In this document: positions 31,998 through 38,180 of the stretch, piece after piece | How positions within the stretch are numbered: the stretch's first letter is position 1 | Layout: each line of letters opens with the position of its first letter | Source of the DNA: an uncultured Clostridium sp. | GTDB taxonomy: Bacteria > Bacillota > Clostridia > TANB77 > CAG-508 | Length of the DNA: 38,180 bases | Assembly (NCBI GenBank): GCA_947647115.1 | Contig: CANSJB010000003.1 | Span: 1-38,180, forward strand | Direction: 5' to 3' | The notes under the pieces: generated by a model | What the model saw: the letters and a program-made list of their open reading frames with translations, nothing else | What the model was told of the DNA's origin: nothing | Database searches by the model: none | Made by a program: the position numbers and the translations under genes

Positions 31998-32939
31998 TTA
32001 GATACCTAACAATTTTACTTCTATATTATCCATTCTATATTTTCTAGTTTCTTCATCTAATTTAAATTCCACTAAAGTTTTAGCAAGTGTTTCTTCATTT
32101 TGCCTTAAATCCGTTGTAAAATATAGTTTAATATTACTAATTTCTAAGCCATTTATAATAATAGTTTTAAAGGTTTGTGCCATATGTTTGTCATCTTCAC
32201 ATATCAAAATAAGTTGTGGCAACCCCATACGTCCTGAATCTCCTACTTGAAAGTTCTCGTAAAAGTCTTTATATAATTTCATTTTATCTGTTAATTTCTT
32301 CTCCCAGTCTTGCTCTCTACGAATTACCTCAAATACAAATTCAATAGACTTACCATTTTTCGTTAGCTTTACACTACCGCCACTTGCTTTAAATTGTTTT
32401 CCTGATTGTTTGGCAGTAAATGCAGGCTTTGGTGTATAAGAATCAAATGCTTTTACCTTTCTTAAATAAGCAATCAAAGTTTGATTACCTGCTAATCTTT
32501 TTTTAATCATGGCTACTGGTTTGGTATTATCTGTTGGTTGCCATTTACAATCTATGCCACGAGAATTAAGTAAGTATTTCCCCATTTTTTCTAAACAATA
32601 AATACGATAAATACCTTTTCCATCTTCTGAGTCAAAATAATATCTTGTTAAAACTTTGGTTTTTACTAATTGCTCTAATTTGTTATTTAGTTTATCTTGT
32701 GAACCTACCTCTATATTTTTCCATTCTAGCATTTGAAGTAATTGCCTTGAGGTAATAAATTCAAATTCATTTACTAATTCTATAATAGCAAAGTGTATAT
32801 CATTGATATGTCCTATATTAATTCTGTGGATAATCTGATTCATTGAGATATAGCCATCTTTTCCATCAAATACTTTTATTTCGCCTTCGCGAATGGCAAA
32901 TGGTGATATGGTTGCTTTAATTTCATTATCTTCTACCAT
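31998..32939 (-). CDS. Replication-relaxation (Replic_Relax)-like wHTH protein
   Basis: IIELVNEFEFITSRQL...KLEQL...YCLEKMG...LAGN...FEVIRRE...KMKLY...PQLILIC matches the family layout by eye. Confidence 0.55.
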   Translation of the reverse strand: MVEDNEIKATISPFAIREGEIKVFDGKDGYISMNQIIHRINIGHINDIHFAIIELVNEFEFITSRQLLQMLEWKNIEVGSQDKLNNKLEQLVKTKVLTRYYFDSEDGKGIYRIYCLEKMGKYLLNSRGIDCKWQPTDNTKPVAMIKKRLAGNQTLIAYLRKVKAFDSYTPKPAFTAKQSGKQFKASGGSVKLTKNGKSIEFVFEVIRREQDWEKKLTDKMKLYKDFYENFQVGDSGRMGLPQLILICEDDKHMAQTFKTIIINGLEISNIKLYFTTDLRQNEETLAKTLVEFKLDEETRKYRMDNIEVKLLGI

Positions 32940-33047
32940 GGTTTCCTCTTTTCCTTTAGCCTTAAGGAAAGACTAAAAATTCTATTTTTGCCTTTTTAGA
33001 CTATATTTATATTACCATAAATATAGTAATTTGTCCAATTTCTTTTT

Positions 33048-33777
33048 TCACTTTTGGGTATTTGGCTTTATTAGGTCTTCTACTTCCTGCTTATCTAAGT
33101 ATCTCCATGTACCAAGTTTTAAGTCTTTAACACCTATATTCCCTATTTTGCTTCTATGTAGTGCTAATACTTTTTTATCAATCGCCTCACACATACGTCT
33201 TACTTGTCTATTTTTTCCTTCATGGATAGTTATTTCTATTCGAGATATATTTTTTTCTTCCTCTATTTTCATAATTTTAACTAAAGCTGGTTTGGTAATA
33301 CATTCTCCAATGTCTACTCCATTTTTTAGACTTTCTACTTCTTGGTTTGTTATTTTACCTTTTAGCGTTACTTGATAGGTTTTACTTATTTCATGTTTTG
33401 GATGTGTAATTTGATAGATAAAGTCTCCATCATTGCTTAAAAGTAATGCGCCTGATGTATACATATCTAATCTTCCGAACAGGCAATACTTTTTGTTTTA
33501 TTTTAATTAAGTCCATAACAGTATCTCTTTTAAATTGGTCTTGCATTGTTGTTACATAGCCAATGGGTTTATTTAATAATAGATATACTTTTGGTATTTG
33601 CTGGTTTACTTGTTTCCCCTCAAATTCTATTTTATCTTTTTGCGGGTTTATTTTAGTTCCTAATTCACATACTGCTTTTCCATTTACTTTTACCTTACCT
33701 TCTAAAATATAGGTTTCTGCCTTTCTTCTAGAACAGATGCCTTGATTTGCTAGGTATTTTTGTAATCTTTCTTCCAT
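33048..33777 (-). CDS. rluB: RsuA/RluB-family rRNA pseudouridine synthase; one +1 CGGA site at 33477
   Basis: S4 domain ERLQKYLA...SRRKAE; LNKPIG; LPV|GRLDMYTSGALLL; EGKNRQVRRM; 242 aa after shift. Confidence 0.9.
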
Positions 33778-33815
33778 TTTTCATGATACTCCCTTTAAAA
33801 TTCCATATCAGATAC

Positions 33816-34742
33816 TTATTTTTCAAGTTGTTTTTGCAAAGTTTGTAATACTTGTTCAAAATACTCTGGAATCTGTGCCTCTAGGTGTATTTCTTGTTTC
33901 GTAACTGGATGTTTAAAGCTTAGCTTTTTAGCATGTAACATTTGCCCTTGTACACCAAATTCGTTTTTTCCATTAGAGTATACCATATCTCCTACTATTG
34001 GGTGTCCAATCTCTGCCATATGTACCCTTATTTGATGAGTTCTGCCTGTTTCAATTTTGACTTCTAAAAAGGTATAGGTTCCAAATCTTTGTAATACTTT
34101 AAAATGTGTAATTGCTTTTTTGCCATTTGGTGTTACTGCCATTTTCTTTCTATCTTTGGTGCTTCTTCCTATTGGCATATCTATACTTGCCTCTTCTTCT
34201 GGTACATTGCCTCTAACTAAACACAAATATATCTTTGTTACTTCTCTATTTTGTATTTGTTTACTAATTTCAATATGGGCATTGTCATTTTTAGCAATGA
34301 TTAGAAGCCCTGAGGTATCTTTATCTAATCTGTGTACAATTCCTGGTCTTAACTCTCCTCCTATACCAGAAAGACTACTTTTGCAATGTGCCATAATAGC
34401 ATTTACTAAGGTTCCATCTGGATTGCCAACTGCTGGATGTACTACCATCCCTTTTGGTTTGTTTACTACAATGATGTGATTATCTTCATATACAATATTT
34501 AATGGTATGTTTTGTGCTTTTAAATCAATGTTTTTTGTTTCCGGTATATGAATGGAAATAGCATCTGCTATTTGGGTCAAATAGGAGGTTTTTGTTTCCT
34601 TGCCATTTACTAATATTTGTTTTTCTTCTATTAATTTTTTTATCATCATACGAGATAAATTACTTTTTTTATTTACAATATATTTATCTAATCTTTGCTT
34701 TTCTTCTCCTTTTTGTACTTTAAATTCTTCCACTCTTTTCAC
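33816..34742 (-). CDS. rluD: RluA/RluD-family pseudouridine synthase
   Basis: S4 domain, VNKPKGMVVHP, GIVHRLDKDTSG, TGRTHQIRVH. Confidence 0.92.
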   Translation of the reverse strand: MKRVEEFKVQKGEEKQRLDKYIVNKKSNLSRMMIKKLIEEKQILVNGKETKTSYLTQIADAISIHIPETKNIDLKAQNIPLNIVYEDNHIIVVNKPKGMVVHPAVGNPDGTLVNAIMAHCKSSLSGIGGELRPGIVHRLDKDTSGLLIIAKNDNAHIEISKQIQNREVTKIYLCLVRGNVPEEEASIDMPIGRSTKDRKKMAVTPNGKKAITHFKVLQRFGTYTFLEVKIETGRTHQIRVHMAEIGHPIVGDMVYSNGKNEFGVQGQMLHAKKLSFKHPVTKQEIHLEAQIPEYFEQVLQTLQKQLEK

Positions 34743-34779
34743 CTTTTCTTTATTTTTTAGTTATCTTCTTTTTTGTTTT

Positions 34780-36468
34780 TTAACCTCTTGGCTCACTTGT
34801 ATTGGTAATTCTTTTATAAATTACAAAATAGTCATCTGAATATAGTTCTTGATAATTACCATCCCTACATAAAAACATATTAAGTTTTGTTTTCTTGCCA
34901 GTAATTAAGTGTGTAATACCGTATTTTTCAAATTTATCTTCATAATATGTACCTATATTAGAAACATTGATATAGTCTGAAAAAATATCCCTTCCTTCTT
35001 GTTCATCAGTAGCATTAAATTCAGGTGCATATAAATCTGCCCTTGAGTCTATAAATACTGGTATACCTCGATATAGCATATAGCTTCCATAGTTGTATTC
35101 ATTAAATAATTTTATCTCATCTAAATTTAAATTTTCTAAAATGAAGGTGCTAGCATCTACTGGGTAGCTAGCCTCATTTACAAAATGGTCATCAATTTTA
35201 TCTTTATAAACTAACACGCCTAATAATATAGCAATTAGTATTGTTAAGGTTTTACCTAGAAATAAGCTTGTAAATTTCATAATAGATGTTGTTAATTCTT
35301 TATCATATTTTTGTAGTAGGCTGGCTACTAGTTTAGCAAAAATAAAGCCACAAATAATGACAAATAAAGCCGTTTGTCTCCTTGACATAAATGATAATAA
35401 CAGTAGTCCTGCTAACATAAAAAGGTCACTTAAATTTGCTTTGGTATCTGTAAAAATTAATAATAGCATAAATAGGGTAAATACAATTAACATGCCTCGA
35501 TTGTTAATTAATACAAGTGGTTGATGTTCGCTAATATTGTCTGTTGTATTCCCTTGCATAGTTTTTACTAAATAGGTGTATGGTACATCTCCAAGTGGAG
35601 TGAATAACCCTGTAAATACACATAAAATCATAATGACAATTAACCATTTAGCAGCTGACTTTTTCTCAAAAATTACTTTATATGGTTGTGCTCTTCGCTT
35701 GTCCATCATATTTTTGGCATTTTCTTTTTCTAGTTGCAAGCGAGCAAGTTTTTCTTGCATCTTGCCTATTTCTTCTACATTTCCTTTTTTCGTAATTCTT
35801 TTAAGTTTTGCTTGCTGTTTTCTTATTTTTACTACATGATATAGCTGTGCTTCATTTATAGCTGCTAGTAAATATTCTACTACATAAGGTAAGTATAACA
35901 CAAAGTAAAAAGGCCAAACTGCCACATGGAAATTAGCAAGTATCATTGGTATTATAATTAGATAAACCGCATATCTCTTTTTCTTGGTTTTTAAAAAACT
36001 TTCTATAAATAAAATGGTTAAGGCAAATAAAATATAAGTTACAAGTTGAGCCCTTGCTGCGATAAAGTCTGCTAGCAGATACATAATTGCCATGGTAACA
36101 ACAAGTGATATGACTGGATTTTTAGATAGCTTGTTTGCAGTATAATAGATGATAATACCAAGCAACATAGCTAATAAGATAGTAGCAATATATAAACTTG
36201 TAAAGCCTCCTATCCCAAGGTTTTGTCCCAAATTATAAATTAGGTAGGTTGCTACATCATATCCCCAATGTGGATAGGTATAAGGCATATTTTCATGCCA
36301 TGAAAATGGGTCTTGCATATCAATCGTACCTGTTTGTACAATATGCTCACCAATTGCAATACTATAATAAGTATCATTTTGAAAAGTAACTGGTGTTAGA
36401 GCAAAAGAAAAAATTAATATACAAAAAATTGCTAATACATGAAATTTAATTTTTGTTTTATCTTCCAT
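34780..36468 (-). CDS. Multi-pass membrane protein, possibly GT-C fold glycosyltransferase
   Basis: About 12 TMs, QNDTYY after first TM, DPFSW, VFIDSRADLY. Confidence 0.5.
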   Translation of the reverse strand: MEDKTKIKFHVLAIFCILIFSFALTPVTFQNDTYYSIAIGEHIVQTGTIDMQDPFSWHENMPYTYPHWGYDVATYLIYNLGQNLGIGGFTSLYIATILLAMLLGIIIYYTANKLSKNPVISLVVTMAIMYLLADFIAARAQLVTYILFALTILFIESFLKTKKKRYAVYLIIIPMILANFHVAVWPFYFVLYLPYVVEYLLAAINEAQLYHVVKIRKQQAKLKRITKKGNVEEIGKMQEKLARLQLEKENAKNMMDKRRAQPYKVIFEKKSAAKWLIVIMILCVFTGLFTPLGDVPYTYLVKTMQGNTTDNISEHQPLVLINNRGMLIVFTLFMLLLIFTDTKANLSDLFMLAGLLLLSFMSRRQTALFVIICGFIFAKLVASLLQKYDKELTTSIMKFTSLFLGKTLTILIAILLGVLVYKDKIDDHFVNEASYPVDASTFILENLNLDEIKLFNEYNYGSYMLYRGIPVFIDSRADLYAPEFNATDEQEGRDIFSDYINVSNIGTYYEDKFEKYGITHLITGKKTKLNMFLCRDGNYQELYSDDYFVIYKRITNTSEPRG

Positions 36469-36503
36469 TTGTTTCTCCTTGTATGTTTTTTAAGTATTAT
36501 ATG

Positions 36504-36546
36504 AAAAATGGCACTGTTTTAGTCTGTCCCTAACAGTGCCATTTTT
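36504..36546 (-). terminator. Terminator after tsf
   Basis: AAAAATGGCACTGTT / AACAGTGCCATTTTT perfect 15-bp inverted repeat. Confidence 0.85.
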
Positions 36547-36550
36547 TTAT

Positions 36551-37432
36551 TTATCCATTAATTTGTTTTGCAACTTCTTCTGCAAAGTTTTCTTCTCTTT
36601 TTTGTAGACCTTCTCCTTTTTCAAATCTTGCAAATTTGATAATTTTTGCTCCTTTTGATTCTGCTAGTTTTCCAACTTTTTGGTCTGGGTCTTTTACAAA
36701 GTCTTGGTCTATTAAGCAAATTTCACTATAGAATTTTCCAATTCTACCTTGTACTATTTTTTCAGCAACTGCTTCTGGTTTTCCTTCATTAACAGCTTGT
36801 GCTTTTAAGATTTCCATTTCGTGTTCTACTCTATCTGCTGGTACATCTTCTTTGCTTAAATATTCTGGTTTTGCTGCTGCAACTTGCATACAAATATCTT
36901 TTGCTAAATTACTATCTCCACCTTGTAGTTCTACTAAAACACCGATTTTTCCATCTCCATGGATATAGCTTTCTACTAAACCTTGGCTTTCAAATCTTTC
37001 GAATCTACGAATGGACATATTTTCACCAATAGTTGCAATTTTATTGGTTAATACATCTTGTACTGTTTTATCTGCTTCTACAATAGAGGTTTGAGTAAGT
37101 AACTCTTCTACAGTTGCTGGAGCTTTTGTTGCTATTTGTTTTGCTACATCTGCTACAAAAGTTTTAAATTCTTCATTTTTAGCTACGAAGTCTGTTTCTG
37201 CATTAACTTCTACTACAACGCCTATTTTGCTATCTTCTGTTACATAAGTTGCAACAATTCCTTCTGCTGCAATTCTATCTGATTTTTTAGCAGCTTTAGC
37301 AATACCTCTTTCACGTAATAGTTCAATTGCTTTTTCTTCGTCTCCATTTGTTTCAGTTAATACTTTTTTACAGTCCATCATTCCTGCGCCAGTTTTTTCT
37401 CTTAAAGTTTTTACTTGCTCTGCTGTAATCAT
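36551..37432 (-). CDS. tsf: Elongation factor Ts
   Basis: LREKTGAGMMDCKK, EVNAETDFVAKN, ENFAEEVA. Confidence 0.98.
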   Translation of the reverse strand: MITAEQVKTLREKTGAGMMDCKKVLTETNGDEEKAIELLRERGIAKAAKKSDRIAAEGIVATYVTEDSKIGVVVEVNAETDFVAKNEEFKTFVADVAKQIATKAPATVEELLTQTSIVEADKTVQDVLTNKIATIGENMSIRRFERFESQGLVESYIHGDGKIGVLVELQGGDSNLAKDICMQVAAAKPEYLSKEDVPADRVEHEMEILKAQAVNEGKPEAVAEKIVQGRIGKFYSEICLIDQDFVKDPDQKVGKLAESKGAKIIKFARFEKGEGLQKREENFAEEVAKQING

Positions 37433-37511
37433 TTTAAATTCCTCCTTTTCTTGATTAACCTATAAACATCCCTTTTATGAGATATTATTATATTTTTTTG
37501 TATGCTGTCTT

Positions 37512-38180
37512 TTATTGTGCTGATTCTTCTGATGTTTCTTCTTTCTCAGCTTTTTTTCTTGTCTTTTTTGGTTTTTCTACTTCTTGTGCTACCTCTTCTA
37601 CTGCTGATTGTGGTTCTTGACTTGTAGCTTCTTGTTGGTTTGCTACCACTTCTTCCATATCTGTAGCTTCTTGCTGTGTTTGACCTACAACATCTTGCAT
37701 AGTTTCCATAGTTTCACCTTGTTTTCCTTCAATAATAGCGCTTGCCATACAGTCTGCAATTAGTTTTACAGCACGAATAGCATCATCATTTCCAGGAATT
37801 GCATAGTCTACATCTTCTGGATTACAGTTAGTATCTACTAAACCGACAACTGGTATGCCAAGTTTTCTAGCTTCTAAAATTCCTATTCTTTCTTTTTTAG
37901 GGTCTACTATAAACATAACACCTGGTATTTCTGTCATGTCTTTAATTCCACCAAGGTTTTTTTCTAGTTTTTCCATCTCTTTTTTTAGTAAAATAACTTC
38001 TTTTTTAGGTAATACTTCAAAAGTACCATCTTCTTGCATTTTTTCTAGTTCTGTTAAACGGTTAATTCTTTTTCTAATCGTTTCAAAGTTTGTTAGAGTA
38101 CCACCTAACCATCTTTGGTTAACATAGTATTGGCCAGAGCGCATAGCCTCTTCCATAACAGCCTCTTGAGCTTGTTTCTT
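37512..38180 (-). CDS. rpsB: 30S ribosomal protein S2 (5' end outside window)
   Basis: KKQAQEAV...[12 protein letters not shown]...DTNCNP...[10 protein letters not shown]; upstream of tsf. Confidence 0.98.
   Translation of the reverse strand, partial: KKQAQEAVMEEAMRSGQYYVNQRWLGGTLTNFETIRKRINRLTELEKMQEDGTFEVLPKKEVILLKKEMEKLEKNLGGIKDMTEIPGVMFIVDPKKERIGILEARKLGIPVVGLVDTNCNPEDVDYAIPGNDDAIRAVKLIADCMASAIIEGKQGETMETMQDVVGQTQQEATDMEEVVANQQEATSQEPQSAVEEVAQEVEKPKKTRKKAEKEETSEESAQ

Noticed and set aside
4017-33477. Calling the PBP, trmL, murJ-like and rluB genes ordinary pseudogenes or homopolymer errors
   Set aside because: All eight breaks share one frame-specific non-homopolymer signature, and the genes have no internal stops or other frameshifts (PBP 3' truncation treated separately); artefact is disfavoured though not fully excluded
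335-38127. Many short plus-strand ORFs in the track (e.g. 335-688, 5357-5689, 8563-8898, 20572-20988, 34120-34479)
   Set aside because: Antisense shadows of well-supported minus-strand genes, with no RBS or family motifs

Overview
AT-rich Clostridia-like (Firmicutes) chromosomal segment, almost all on the minus strand. In transcription order: rpsB (partial), tsf, a membrane protein, two pseudouridine synthases, a Replic_Relax-like gene convergent with a VirD4/TraG-like ATPase, murJ/spoVB-like, hup, alr plus an ATP-grasp ligase, sortase, trmL, a Fic/VbhA-like pair, mraZ-rsmH-ftsL, a GH3, a 3754-aa cohesin/LPXTG/dockerin M26 metalloprotease, a class B PBP, and an accessory cassette-like region (1-3830). 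Main observation: four conserved genes (PBP x4, murJ-like x2, trmL x1, rluB x1) are broken at eight sites with the same signature. Each has an in-frame CGG followed by A; reading CGGA as one Gly (or skipping the C) restores family-typical sequence. A manual scan found no in-frame CGG in any uninterrupted gene. This suggests a CGG-triggered +1 recoding or quadruplet-like rule. A systematic sequencing artefact still has to be excluded with raw reads and related genomes.
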